A stretch of 64,000 nucleotides of DNA from Laetmonice hystrix (taxonomy: Eukaryota), in the NCBI GenBank assembly GCA_965235115.1, contig OZ249436.1, positions 13,394,001 to 13,458,000 on the forward strand, in the 5' to 3' direction. The notes beneath the pieces are model-generated. The model was not told the DNA's origin, searched no databases, and saw only the letters and a program-made list of their open reading frames with translations. The translations under genes and the position numbers were made by a program. The first letter of the stretch is position 1, and each line of letters begins with the position of its first letter. Shown piece by piece: positions 1 to 13,704 of the stretch.

Positions 1-164
1 GATCTACACCTTACAAAAAATTCAAAGGAACCTTTATCATTTTTCTTGATCACCTCTTCAGAAGCTATCTGGTTTGGCTCTGTCGAGGACACTTTTATGA
101 ACAATCTGAATGAAATCCTGCTATTGGTCCTTTACCTTTGCAAAAGTTTTTCCGACTTGCCTTA

Positions 165-1030
165 TACCCGAGTCACACTAGAGGCGGAATGAGCCAGAAT
201 ACTGTTGGAATAAAAATTCTTGGTATATTCCTGGATATTCGAAGTGGATTCTAAAAGTTCTGACCGCATTCTGAGTGCATTCCAAATATTCGGGCCCATT
301 CTTGTGGCCGGCCCGAAGGTTTTGCTCATGCTCAAAACTTTCGAGGTGCATTCGAAGTGGAAAAATATTGAACGGCGTTCGAAGTGTATTCTAAATGCAC
401 TCTGACTGCACTCTAAATATTCTTACGGCATTCCAACAGCATTCGAAACATTCTGATCGCATTCGAGGGAGAATCGAAACGGCAAGCCACTTCAAATCCT
501 GCCAGAATGTCCCGAATGCACCTCGAATGAGCCTGAATGCACCTCGAATACATCTCGATTGCAGCCGAAATCTATACTCGGGACATTCTAAGTACATATT
601 CGAAGTACATTCAAAGTGCATTCTCAGTATTCGAGCTGCATTCTGTTTGAATTTTTGTACGTTCGAACCATATTCGGCAGCCATTCCGGGAGCGTTCTGA
701 CTGTATTTGAGGTGAATTCGTACAGCATTCGAGGCACCTTTTAACCAGACTTCGGGCTTTATTTGGGCAGCAATTGAACCACACTCGTACGGCATTCGAG
801 GTGCATTCTAAATATTCTGACTGCATTCTAACAGCATTCTAAATATTCCTACTTTGTTCCAACTACACTCGAGAGCTAATACACCCAGAATGTGCAAGAA
901 TCATTCGAGGCAGGTTCGAAGCACATTCTATAAGTATTCGAACGCCATTCTTACAAAGCTGTAAGAATTTTGGTCAATTTGAAATTCCCTCCCGAATGTG
1001 GCGCGAATTTTGAGAATTCTTTATTCCGGC
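165..1030. repeat. Degenerate repetitive element rich in short GCATTC/TTCGA motifs (probable non-autonomous DNA element)
   Basis: Dense recurrence of gcattc/attcga words. The overlapping ORFs on both strands are low-information. Boundaries are approximate. Confidence 0.45.
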
Positions 1031-2153
1031 TGGTTCTGCTCTGTCTGTCTGTCATGCAGATTTTAAGAACACTGTTATATAAGACAAAGCTTCAAGTAAG
1101 CTCGATACTAATTAGCCTTGGACTAAATTATATACAACTCAAAAAGGTCTTGAAAACAGTCTCACTGCAAACAGCTAAAGTCATAAAATGATAAATACTG
1201 TGTATGTGTGATTATCCACTCATGAATTCTACAAGGTTTATGGCTCCAATACGGTAGAGGGTAGGAGAATCAAGGTCAATCACTTGGTATGATACGGTTA
1301 ACATAAAATCGAGAACTGAACGGAAAGGAATGTGGCTGGCTTTAGTTTAGGTTTTCCTTTTCTCCTAGTTGCCAATAGCTTCGCACATCCCCGCGTGGGA
1401 AGCAGGTCAAAGGTTTTCAGGCTGTAAAAGACCTGTCACATTAATTTCTGTGAACCCGAGAAGAGAGCGGTGAGCTACTACTGGAAAAGAATCTCGTAAA
1501 TTGGGCTTCTCCTAAAACCAGCAATATATTAACACTACGGATGGATCCTCTTATTTTGTTGTAAAGGTGGGCGACTATCGTGAACAACTCACGTATGTAA
1601 GGTCACCGTGTTTCTGGCGACCTCCTGGCAACTGTCCATTAGCAAGTGCTTCAGGGTCAAGGTGCAGACAATGAAACACAAATAATGGGTAACCAAGCCA
1701 TTTTAAGGCCGCCACTAAGCCTAGATCATGACAGGCCAGACCTGACATTTACAGTTCTAGAACAAACCCATGGTGCAGTCCAGAGTCGGTCGCCATACAT
1801 GTACAACAAAATTTTTTTTTGAGCTGCTCAACTTCATCCATGTACAAAGGTCTCTTCTTTTTTGCATCAACACATTTTTTCCAGCAGACGATGTAGACGA
1901 CATAGTTAGTATGTACTAGGCCATGATCTGAATATATGAATATCCCTTTGAGCACAAGGATATTATTCCTACAGAACGACGTGGACAGTCAAAATACTAT
2001 AATACATCTAGGCCTAGAATCTATTATCTCTGAGGCACCAGAGAATAAAACGTTTGTTTAATCCATGATGAGGATTACATTTTAGAGGTGACCAGTATGA
2101 AGAGGGGACCGGGGGGATGTAATCTCCATATCCTACCTGCCTGGTCAGCATGC

Positions 2154-2368
2154 CAGACCAGACCAGACCATGCCAGACCAGACCAGACCAGACCAGACCA
2201 GACCAGACCAGACCAGACCAGACCAGACCAGACCAGACCAGACCAGACCAGACCAGACCAGACCAGACCAGACCAGACCAGACCAGACCAGACCAGACCA
2301 GACCAGACCAGACCAGACCAGACCAGACCAGACCAGACCAGACCAGACCAGACCAGACCAGATCAGAC
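2154..2368. repeat. (GACCA)n pentanucleotide microsatellite, about 43 units
   Basis: Directly visible near-perfect tandem array; it explains the PDQTR and SGLVW ORFs. Confidence 0.98.
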
Positions 2369-5300
2369 CGCTGTTGGACTGATAGGATCCCAATTCCAAG
2401 TCAACATTGGCGGACATATTCAGCCAGGGTCATCCACAACCACAACAAACATGAGACTGCACTGGTCAAACATTACCAGCTGTAGACACAACGCCTGGTC
2501 AGCAAGCTCCTGAAGGGCAAACACGTGCAATGTGCAGGTCAACCAAGTCTCCTGACACAGCCTAACGAATAACAACCTCACTCTCAGTCAGATTTGTGGC
2601 ACCTTCCATCCAGGTGACAACTTTCTTCATAAATAAAATGTTTAGAAAGGAAGGAAAGGGCCCTGAAACTTTCCAGACACGGACATCAACAAGTTTGCAT
2701 GTCTGACTCTCTTTTGAGCAAGAGCATGACGGGTTACTGGACCATGTGATGGAGCCTGCAAGTCGGACTGAACACGGGAGGTAGACCTACAGACCAGAAC
2801 AGGTTACCTAGTGACAGCACTCAGGGTCACCCAGCAGTATCCCATGTGGGTCACTGGGTCCCAAGTGTGAACAAGATGGTGAGCAGGTCGGTTACAGGTT
2901 CTCAAGCTGCCAGACACAGCATAAATCAAGTTCCATACTTGCAAAAACAAAAACGAAAAAGGATCACAAAAGATTGCACATGTTGCAAAGATGCTCTGGA
3001 ATCGGACCCAAAGGAATACTAGGCCTGGAATCTACCATAGCATATAACTGTCATTGGACATGTTGCTTGATGCTATGCCTGACATGACATGAATTTATCT
3101 GGATTCAGTGTTGAGCTTTGGAGAACTTAATGTTCCTCACAAGTCTGACGAGGCCTCGGATTCAGTACAATTTAAAGACCTTTCTGATGTAATTTATGAG
3201 TGTACATGTAAGGATGTGAGCAAGCAAATCCAAACCGTAACTTTCATAAGATCCTCCAAGTTTTCACACACTTTTGGGTCATGCAATCAGTAAGAACTAA
3301 AATAATTCGGAAGATCTTTTTCAAAGGGTTGAAGAAATGCTTTAATCCTTTCTGCTAAAAACTGTTTCATAGTGGAAAAACTTGGTTGAAAGCATCATGA
3401 TGGATGATGATGCATTCCTAACTAGAGTTTTTCTTCACCTCAAACAAGCTTCACCCAATACATGCATAGGTTGGAGGGATGGTTACAGGCCCACAGTGTA
3501 ACTGTTAAACACTGGTATACACAGTTAACACTTGACACGGTTCTATAAAAACCTAACTTTAATGTTTCTCAAAATAAGTACAAGTTTTCTACTGTACAGT
3601 CATTGTTTGCCAAAGAGGGAAGAAGTTTCTTTCATCCTCTCCAAACCTCATGTTGTACCTTGATGCTTTTAACATTAATCTTCCTTCGAAGACTGGTTCC
3701 AGGTACGGTACTCAATTAACAATGTACATGTACAGGTCTGGAAGTTCCTGCTTTCTAGTCAGGATGGCGAATATTTTACTGATTCCACGACCCGCTAAAG
3801 TCTCAAAAGTCGGCAACACAACATTAGAAGCGACCACAACACCCTCGGTTGCTATGACTGTGCTAACACAGCGGCGCCCGGAGCCAACCTCACAGGCTGG
3901 TGGATGAGAGAGATTCCCAGGCCCTGGGGGCTGACCCGACTGTTGACACCACCCCACCTGGGACCAAGACGTCAAGCCACGGTCTCAGTGACTGACACTC
4001 CAACCACCCAGACACCCCCACCGCTTACATCTGCTGCCACAGGGCTAGACCGACTGAAACCGACAGTCTCGGTCAGGTCCCAGGCGCTGGCCATGTGGTC
4101 TCTAGTTGCAGGGAATGAAGAAAGGTTAGGCTAGCGCCCCACTGCTATCATGATTCACCCCTTGATCCAGTTCCACCAAATTAATGATCCACTATATTAA
4201 AACTAACATAATAAATGTTTCCAGCTAAGTTGGCAATTTGCCATTTTTACCTTGGTTATCACTCAAACACTCGGGTTTAATGGCCTTCACTTCAGTTTGG
4301 AGGGCGTTTACTTCGTACTTAAAGTTCAACAATGGTAACATGTCAACACCATCATGGTCTTGATAACTTCAGTATGCCTAATGAAATATTGATCGAGTTT
4401 GAAGAAAATAGTCTCATTGTTTTATGAAGGATGGCCCATACGCTATAGAACTGATCTTGCATTCTGTATCTAACTATAAAATTTGATTGAAAATCTTGAG
4501 AATGACCAACAGGTTGACACTAGCGTCGTGTCCGATGCCGTTAGATTCTACATTATATATAAGCAGGAAACATGAAAAGACCTTGTTGTTTTTGCACTGA
4601 ATGAAGTCTGCTCACATATGACGACATGGGTGTGCATACAGTACACGTGTTAGGATGCCTACAATGCGTACATGTTTAAGGTGACTTCCCCTGCAGGACC
4701 CTTCCCCTCTGACCTTCCCCTCAAGATATGTTTGCCGGTGTCTCTGTGCGTATTGGTGCTGTTTCATAAACAGGACTTTATGGTCACATCCAGGCACTGC
4801 TGGGAGGAACAAAAATGATATCTGCAGTGCTTGATCTAGAAGAATATTGCGATGACCATTCCCAATATTCTTGCATGATTTAGTACAAAATAACATTAAT
4901 ACGAGCATTATTACTGCTGCCTTATCAGAGAAAAATAACACACGAATGGACTGCACTTTATTTGTAAGCATCTTCGGGTCATTTTAATAATGGAGAACCT
5001 TCCAGCCGACAAACGCCGCCATCTTTATAAATGCTGTAGTAACCGGTCATCAGATAATAAAAGAAGTACTGCAAAATTTTTAGATATCCCCAGATCTGTC
5101 ATCACTATCACCGGTGGCAGTACAAGTAGTTTACATTGAAGAAACGGTTTTAAGTCAGGCACATTCAATGCTTGGTGTTCTTTTTCTCAAAGTTTCCACT
5201 TAATTAAAAAATGGGGGACGCCTTCAACCTGGATAATATACTATCAAGATTTCGGTCAAGCATAAGTCGTTACTCTCTTTACTTGAACCTATGTACATAA

Positions 5301-8300
5301 ATGTCTATGCTTGCAGTCGGTTTTGAGCCGTTTCTTTCACTCGCTAGGTCGGAGATATGAATAGTTTCCCCTCATTTCATTTGATGTGAATTCTATGGGG
5401 GATGGTTGGCTGTCTTCTTTCAGACTTTGGTGTGTGTCGCTCACTTCCTTGACCACGGCCGCCCATCATTGTATTCAGTGTTGGCCTGACAATGGCCGGA
5501 GGGAGAGCGTCACACCAGTGGCAGGTCAAGTGTCCCAGACTGGTCTCCGGTCACCACGGTACTCACGCACTGTGAGTACCTCTAATGTGAGTGGTGACAA
5601 ATGTCCTGCTAATACATCAATTGCTGGTTGCTGGGTTGTCCCTTGGGGAACCTTAAAGCATTCGTCCCTCTCCAGAATTATCTGCCTAAACAGCAGCTGT
5701 TTATGAGCAGCCAGCATGGAGATTGCAAAGTTTAGGTTAAATCTGACATACATCTGAGAGACACTCTATGAAAATATCGTGTAATAACATTTACAAGTGT
5801 ACTTTTAAAACCCTTGAATCCATGGTAAAAATTTAGTGGTATCCCCAACCTTTATTGACTTGAGATGACATTACCTGGTACTATAATTAGGTTTTTTACC
5901 TCTTACCAATGCATTATATTCCTGCACAATTTCTGCACTTGTCTCACTCTTCACAACCTTTGCAGCGCTAGAATTAAACATACGCCCGGGCACCACTGGT
6001 GCCTAATTTTCAATCTGGGCACCTTAAAATGCCTAAATCATATGCTCTGGTGATTTCCGTTAAAAAGTCAAAATCTGCGTTCAGGTGCAGCCGTGCAGGT
6101 CACAATATTGTGATGTCAAGTACTGGTAACATCACCATGGCCACCTCGTTATGTGCACCTACTTATCTGAATATTGGGATGTGCCTATATGAATATATTG
6201 TGGGTGCGCTTATGCCCGGATATAGGCACATGCGCCTCTATCTGACTTTTTTTTATTTTGAAATTTCTGCAAAAAATGCAAAAATCCGCTTATATATATA
6301 GGCGCATGCCTAAAAGTGCGTCAATATGCAGTGACCACAGAAGGGTTCCATAAGAGCCTACTAAGGTGAAAACATTTTTTTATAAGTACTTGTACACATT
6401 ATAATACAAATTGATTCAAAGCTCGCAAACTTCAAGAAAATCAGGGCCAGACCTGGAGAGGGTTGAACGGGGCATTGTCCCTCTAAAAATAAGATTTTTA
6501 CTTTTTTCCCCCAATTAATATTCACGATCTACTCTCCTCCCTCCTCCCCACCAACTCAAAATTCTGGACCTTGCCCCCACTAACCGAAAATTCTGGATCC
6601 CCTACTGAAAATCAACCTAATAACAAAACCTGATAACAAAATTCCATATCTGTTCATGACGATTTCAGGCCTGAGAATAAGGGAAACCTGAAAAGTGACA
6701 TAGTAACCCATCGTTAGGTTGTAAACCTGAAAACATTCTGGGTACCGGGATAACACAAAGGTTACCTAGTGGGTTACCCAGAAATTTTAATTTATAAACC
6801 CCAATACTCACTTGTGTTTCATGTTATCACCATTACCATACAATATTGTTGTGGAATTAGGGGTTCTGATTATATTTTATCTGATGCTACAGTTTGCTAC
6901 AGTATTCAGAATTCAACTGGCTAGATGTAGGCTCTGGCGGTGGCAAAAGCTAAAGTGACCGCCAACTCCCACTCTCCCATGTGACTGATTATGGTTGGGA
7001 CCCCCCCCCCCCCCCCATCTCAGTTGGACACCCCCCCCCCCCCATCTCAGTTCTGCCTACACATGACCCTGAATGCAAGCCTAACATGTTACACAAACTT
7101 GAAATCATTATGCAGCAATAACATTTAGACCTACATAAGCTAATGTATGTCATGGTATTGATAAAAAAATAAGTAGGCCCAGGCTATGGAATTTAAAACA
7201 AACTGCGGGACTGTTATCTCACAGTTATGGCCAAAATGTGAAGTGACATAAATCTAAATTCCATGACTTTTCCATATTTTTCAGTTTCCATGACTTTGAT
7301 TTTCCCCCATTTTCTATGACTTTTCAGGACTTTTTTTCATGGATTTTCCCTGGGGGAACCCTGTGAAGAGGGCGAGGCCTATAATAAAAAACTTTCAGGC
7401 TGAGGTTATTGGTTGTTCACCCACATAATACAGCCTACACTCCACACGACGACCACGGCACATGCTGTCAGACTGTCACTGCATAGGCGTAGGAACCGGC
7501 GGGGTAGGGGGCAGAGGGGCGTCAGCCCCCCCCCCAATATCAAAAGTGGGGGGGGGGGGCTGGCAGTGGCGTACCGTACCCAGAAACTGGACCTGGGGGG
7601 GGGGGGGTGCTGAAAATAACTAACGTCATAGGCCCTGCAAATTGGGAAGGCTATGGGCAACAAGAGCACAAAAAAAATTGGGTATGCTACTGGCTGGAGT
7701 GTGTTTCAGCCCTCCCCCCCCCCCCCAACATTTGGGTGCTTTCTTGGTCGAGGTGGGTTTCATGCCGATTTTCTATGTATCAGTCATAAAAATGATGGAA
7801 TTTTGTTGATAGATTTGAGAGATTTTTGCTCCGAGATGCTCAGAAAACGCGTCTCCGGCATTCCTGAAAAAAACACCTGCCATATTGGCCACTTGACTTG
7901 GCCTACGGTGGCCATGGATTATCCCCCCCCCCCCCAACCTTCAGGCTACCACCTTCAGCCCCCCAACCAAAAAGAGCTTCCTACGCCTATGCACTGGGTC
8001 TTGCAGAAATATACTGCCAAGTAGTCGACATCACTTACAACAATGTCAATATTTTTAAGATCCCTAGGTTGTTAGCTCGCGGGTTTATGGCGAGAGGGAC
8101 GCGCCCATGGTGAAACTCCTCCGGGAGCTGGTCTGACGGTCGAGGCAGAGAGGCGGTGGGCCTCGCGAGTCGCGCGGCCCACCGCCCAACACACGCTCCA
8201 ACAACAACAACAGGGGCCCGCGACGGTGCGACCCCGCTACCTCGGGATGCCGCCCACCTACCCGCTCATCTCACCGGCAATTCTACATCAAACCCTATAC

Positions 8301-8367
8301 TTTACCGCCAACTGATGCTCTCAAGAGCGCTAGTAACAATAATAAAGGTCCCACAAACTGCATTTAC

Positions 8368-8490
8368 CTCTCTGTATCTTGCATTTTCTGGATTGAACGT
8401 CGAGTTCATGCGCTGGAAAGTGAGATCGACGTGTGGGAAGGAGTGGAAGAAGTCGGCCAGCCACGGCACAACGTACTCCTTCGAGCCCAT
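8368..8490 (-). CDS. TTYH: Tweety-family (TTYH) membrane protein, first coding exon; remaining exons not found in the window (probably left of base 1)
   Basis: ATG at 8490 gives MGSKEYVVPWLADFFHSFPHVDLTFQRMNSTFNPENARYRE, followed by a GTAAAT donor in phase 0. This matches the tweety N-terminal pattern (H.LPH...F...NSTF.P...Y.E) and the usual position of the first intron. Confidence 0.85.
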
Positions 8491-10455
8491 TGTCACCGCA
8501 GTGTATCCTCCAAATTAAAACCTTTCCACGCAGTATTTGCTGTTTTCTACTAACGAACCACTGCTCTCGATCGTCATCCACATGTGGTATCCTTTATAAG
8601 TACACAATCCTTTGCAGTAGACACCACTTTTGCAAAATACATAGAGCGACTTCGCCCACAACTTCAACCACCTGCCATATTGGCCACTTCCGTCAGACAG
8701 AGCGGGCGCCATCTGCCGACAAAACCGCGAACTATGCGAAATGGCATGTACTCAGTGCACCCCAAACGTATAATAATCAACGGGGCCGCGTGGCGAACGA
8801 CTACCTCTGTTCTCGACAGCCAGGGCAACTTTTAGGGGGTTCAACACGGTTAATTCAGAAAATTCTATAGGGAAAAGAGAGAAAAAATGAAAAATTAACG
8901 CGTTGACCCCTTGGCCCCCCACCCACCTATTTATTTGCTTGGGCCTTGGCCCTTGGGGGGTTTAGCATGGGCAATTCAGAAAGCTCTAACAATTTTATAA
9001 TGGCTGCCTAGGCCTAGGGGAGCCGGGGTGTTTAAACCTCTAGCTTTAACCCCTCCCCCGGATCCGCCACTGCCTTAATTTAGCCCTCCCAGTAGGCCTA
9101 TAGGCTACAATACTCAACAATAGGACTGTCGATGATTATTACGTATAGGCCTAACAGGGGCGCCGCTGCCTATTTCAAAGTGGGGGGGGGACAATCTTGG
9201 TGTGATTGACCTTTCCCCCCCCAGATTTATGTACCATAAGAATTGCAAAATAACAGTGTATTCACCCCCCCCCCCCCCGGGGGCGGATCCAAGATTTTTT
9301 GTTGCAGGGGGGGGGGGGGTCAGAAGGTGCCCGCGCCGAGAGGGGGGGGGGGGGCTCCGACTGAAAATGTATCAAGCAATATTTATCAGAAGCAAAAACA
9401 GTTGACGATTAAGCCTAAAACACACTTTTACCAAATAAAATAGAGACCGTCCCCATCCTATACTTGCCACTCTCTATTCTACCACACTAGGCCTAGTAAA
9501 AAATTGGTAAACCTCACTCATTAATAATAAATGAATACATGGCCTAACGCTGTCAGACAATAATTAAAGCGTGGCCTAGATTTTCTAGAGCTAAATAATA
9601 GACCTGAATATTCAGGTGCTAAACAAGAGACGGTACAGGGGCAGATCCAGCTTTTTCAAGTAGGGGGGGTCCAACGTTTTTAGGGGGGCAACCGGAGTGA
9701 CTGTACGAGCACCGAAGGCCCAAAGCCTTGCTAAGGGGTCGGGGCATGCCCCCGGAAAATTTTCAAATTCAAGGTGTAATTTAGTGAAATCTGATGCATT
9801 TTGGAGCACAAAATATGCTATTTAAAGACCAATGATGTCAAAAGTCTTATGTAGCCCTACAATGCCGTGAGGCGCCATTAACGGCAGGAGGGGCGCCATG
9901 AAACTTTAGAGGGGTCCAGACCCTATGTGACCCCCTCCCCTGGATCCGCCAGTGTGGTAGGACTGAGGTACACAGGAAAGCTGCAGGGGGCCTGGGCCGC
10001 GGTTAGGCCCATATTAATTATAGAAGAGCAAAGCATAGACCTATCTCCTAAACACATAGGCCTAGGCCTAGGCCTATATTATAGGCGAAAGCCAAGATTA
10101 AAAATGATCAAAATCTATCTTAAATTTGCCTCCCATGGGCCATTGACCTTAAAAAGCAGGCATAGGGAGTATAAGAAGACCTGTAGATCTATTAGGCCTA
10201 GCGTCAACTTCAGGGACCCTTTGACCTTTTTAGGTCGCCAGCAAAAGTGGGGGGGACATGTCCCCCCCGTCCGCGGCGCCCCTGCCTAACCACTGGGGGA
10301 TCCGGGGACACAAGCCCCCCCCCTTAAATTTTCCTTTCCCTCTCTTTTTTTAAGAAGATGCATTATTCAGACCCTGAAACCAGGATTCCAACAAAATTCT
10401 CTTTAAAAAGCCTCACATTGTACGTAGATCTCGTACCATCGGGCCCATACATAAG

Positions 10456-10835
10456 TACGGTGGCCCATAAGTACGGTGGCCCAAAGGGACATTTAATTTT
10501 ATTTTAGTTCTTATTGTATTTTTATCACTTTCCACCGCGGAGAAAATGTTATCTACGGGGAAATTAATTTTCCACCGTGGAAATAAATTTTCCACCGCGG
10601 AAAAAAGTCTTTTCTTCGAGGAGAAAACCTTTCTCTGCGGAATTATACCTTTCTCTGCTGAATTATACTTTTCTCCGCAAAATTATACTTTTCTCCATGG
10701 AATTAAACTTTTTCCGCGGAATTAAACTTTTTCCGCGGAATTAAACTTTCCACCGTGGACTCGGAGGAAATACTTTTTTTCTGCGGTGAACAGTTTATTT
10801 CCGCAGAGAAAAGTTTAATTGCGCGGAAAAAAGTG
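10456..10835. repeat. Truncated element starting TACGGTGGCC with about 21-bp internal tandem subrepeats (TTTCC-CCGCGGA-type units)
   Basis: Repeated tttccaccgcgg/ttttccgcggaattaaac units. The start motif is the same as that of the element at 11591. Confidence 0.55.
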
Positions 10836-10882
10836 TTACAGGGGTTGGGGGGTCTTTGAAATAGGCAAAAAAGGCGTTACGT

Positions 10883-11254
10883 AATAGGAGACTCGAGACG
10901 CATGCGCAACGGCGCATTCCAGTAATATTCGCGCGGCGGCAGCACTGTCGCCCCGGACCTCTCGACTGCACATTAGCATGACGTTATTTAGGACGACGAA
11001 ATGCTAATCTGTGGCAGGATGCGTTAAGACTATTTGTTATGAAAATTAATAACTCGATAGGCTCCGCCATGTCGAATAGCTCCTAAACGCACCATAATAT
11101 TTCATAACAAATAGCACTATACGGCACCCACCTACGGATTAGCATTTCGTCGTCGTCTCTAACGTCATACTAATGTGTAACCATACGGGACCGAGGCGAC
11201 ACTGCTGTCGCCACGCGGAAAAGACGGGAACTCCATTATTTCGAGTCTCCTATT
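10883..11254. mobile_element. Palindromic MITE, family A
   Basis: Ends AATAGGAGACTCGA...TCGAGTCTCCTATT. Internal inverted arms (gacgacgaaatgctaatc / gattagcatttcgtcgtc). Related copies at about 46713-47048 and about 63330-63677. Confidence 0.85.
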
Positions 11255-11590
11255 TATGGACAGCCCCAACAGGCCTACAAGCCCCAAATATCTAGTATGG
11301 CCCAGGGCCAGGCTTTTAGGACTCCACCATTCTTGCCTATAGGCCTAGCCTACTACTAGGCATCTGAATTTATAGGCCAGGGGTCCTACAGAAGGCATGA
11401 TGCCCTGAGGTCATCAAGGATATAGGCCTAGCTATAGTATAGCCTATAGTGGGTTTCATGGTTGCCTGGACCCCCCCCCCCCTCCCAAAAAGATAATCAA
11501 TAAAGAATTAAAAATCTAAATAGATCTAAATGAATTACTAATATGGTATAGCTAAGCTAATCTGGTTGACACTGTGGGTTCCCCGTACTA

Positions 11591-13479
11591 CGGTGGCCGA
11601 TTAGTGCCAACGACGAATACAAATTCAAAACGACGAATAAAAAAGCAAAACGACAAATACAAAAGCAAAACGACAAATACAAATTCAAAACGACGAATAC
11701 AAAAGCAAAACGACAAATACAAAAGCAAAAACGACAAATACAAATTCAAAACGAAGAATACAAATTCAAAACGACAAATACAAAAGCAAAAACGATGAAT
11801 ACAAATCGCTCTCACACCGCAAACAACAACTTGGCGTGAAGCACGTTTACAAAAAGGATATCCATGTTCCGGGCCGAGAGTCGACCAGGACGAGTCTAAG
11901 TGTAAATGTGGGACAGGGGTGAGCTGACGTGACATCTACCGAGGCCTGCTATGGAATACCTGAAGGGAAATTCTTCGACTTCCAGCTCGACGTACATGTA
12001 TAGGTCTACATTTACTGAGACACCAACCATAACTTCGACTTCGACTTCGACGTAAACTTCGACTTCGAGTTGGGAGGCACATTCTCAAACTCGTTCCAAA
12101 GGCAACCTTTTTAGCGTGTTTGGGCTTTGGCGTGGCTCCTCCGTCCATGCAGTGGCGGATCCAACGGGCCAGGCGCGGATTTAGGGGGTCATTGTCGGGG
12201 GGGGGGGGGGGGAGGCGTTGCCGGGGCGGGGCGGGGGCACCGACCCCCGCACCGGTGTGACTAATTACCGAAATCTACCGAAATCTACCTGAATCTACCG
12301 GAATTCAGAAACCCCATGACTAATTACCGAAATCGACCCCCAAACTTACCGAAATGGACCTCTAGTTGTGTTTGGGAGCCCCCAAACTTCCCGAAATCGA
12401 CCTCTAGTTGTGTTTGGGAGTCCCCAAACTTACGGAAATCGCCCCCCCCCCCTCTAATTGGGTTTGGGAGCCCCCAAACTTACCGAAATCGACCTCTAAT
12501 TGGGTTTGGGAGCCCCCAAACTTACCGAAATCTGGGGGCTTCCAAACACAACTAGAGGTCGATTTCGGTAAGTTTGGGGGCTCCCAAACACAACTAGAGG
12601 TCAATTTCGGTAAGTTTGGGGGCTCTCAAACACAACTAGAGGTCCATTTCGGTAAGTTTGGGGCTCCCAAACACAACTATAGAGGTCGATTTCGGTAATT
12701 TTAGGGGCTCCTAAACCCAATTACAGAGGTCGATTTTGGTAAGTCTCGGGGCTTCCCAATACTATTAGAGGTCGATTTTGGTAAGTTTGGGGGCTCCCAA
12801 ACACAAAGTTCTAGAGGTCAATTTCGGTAAGTTTGTGGGCTCTCAAACACAACTAGAGGTCGATTTCGGTAATTTTGGGGGTCGATTTCGGTAATTAGTC
12901 ATGGGGTTTCTGGATTTCGGTAGATTCCGGTAGATTTCGGTATATTCCGGTAGACTTCGGTAATTAGTCACACCCGTGGACAGTTTCCGCCCTAGTAGGA
13001 ATTGGAACGAGTTGCGCATGTCCGAGACTTTGGCTCCCTTATGCCAATCTCCTACCGCAGCGTCTCAGTATCGCCAGAACTAGTCAGAGTGCAAACACCC
13101 CTGTCCACTTAGACTCGCCCTGGTCGTCCCTGGGCCCCGAACATGGATACCATTCTTGTAAGCGTGCTACACGCCAACTTGTTGTTCGCGTTTGTGATCT
13201 CTCTCTTGCATTTGCGTATTTGAATTTGTTTTCGCGGTTTTTGTTTTGTAATTGCCGTTTTGGCGTTTGCGTTTGTGTGTTCTCTTTTGTTTTTGCGTTT
13301 TTGAATTTGTGGTCGTGGTTTCTGTTTTGTAATCGCCGTTCTAACTTTTGCGTTTGTGTTTTCTCTTTTGCATTCGTCGTTTTTAATTTGTAAACGTGTT
13401 TTCTCTTTTGCATTCGTCGTTTTTAATTTGTAAACGTGTTTCCTCTTTTGTAATCGTCGTTGGCACTAACCGGCCACCG
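11591..13479. mobile_element. Foldback-like DNA element with long (about 350-400 bp) diverged inverted arms containing tandem subrepeats
   Basis: The left end CGGTGGCCGATTAGTGCCAACGACGA is mirrored by the right end TCGTCGTTGGCACTAACCGGCCACCG. Inner arm segments (acaacttggcgtg...gagtctaagt) are also mirrored. TACTA flanks both ends (11586-11590 and 13480-13484). Confidence 0.8.
12250..12977. mobile_element. Nested inverted-repeat element built from about 41-bp tandem units that switch orientation near 12530
   Basis: Termini GGTGTGACTAATTACCGAA...TTCGGTAATTAGTCACACC. Units ccccaaacttaccgaaatcgacctctagttgtgtttgggag run forward, then appear as their reverse complement. Confidence 0.85.
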
Positions 13480-13704
13480 TACTAACCTAACACAAAGCGG
13501 TAGTATGCTCTGTCTGGAGTGGTCGTTTTGGGAGCGCCCCCCCCCCCCCACCCACACACAACACCAACATGCCACCGGTCGATATACACCAGTGCCTACT
13601 GGCGGCACTTTTATGAACCCTTGAAAGCTGAAATGATTACATCAACAACACACGTTCGACACGATTCCTTTAAGTTAACAATTCACTTAGAATTTGCAGG
13701 GAAT

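Noticed and set aside
2088..2513. ORFs with PDQTR or SGLVW repeats
   Set aside because: They are translations of the (GACCA)n microsatellite.
3650..4134. GC-richer stretch with overlapping ORFs, considered as tweety exon 2
   Set aside because: No hydrophobic transmembrane segment matching tweety TM1 and no convincing phase-0 acceptor.
12316..12900. Regular repeats of about 41 bp resembling a CRISPR array
   Set aside because: The units are contiguous with no unique spacers, invert midway, have no cas genes nearby, and sit in a eukaryotic context.
11574..13413. Lys/Asn/Thr-rich ORFs
   Set aside because: They are read-throughs of tandem subrepeats in foldback arms.
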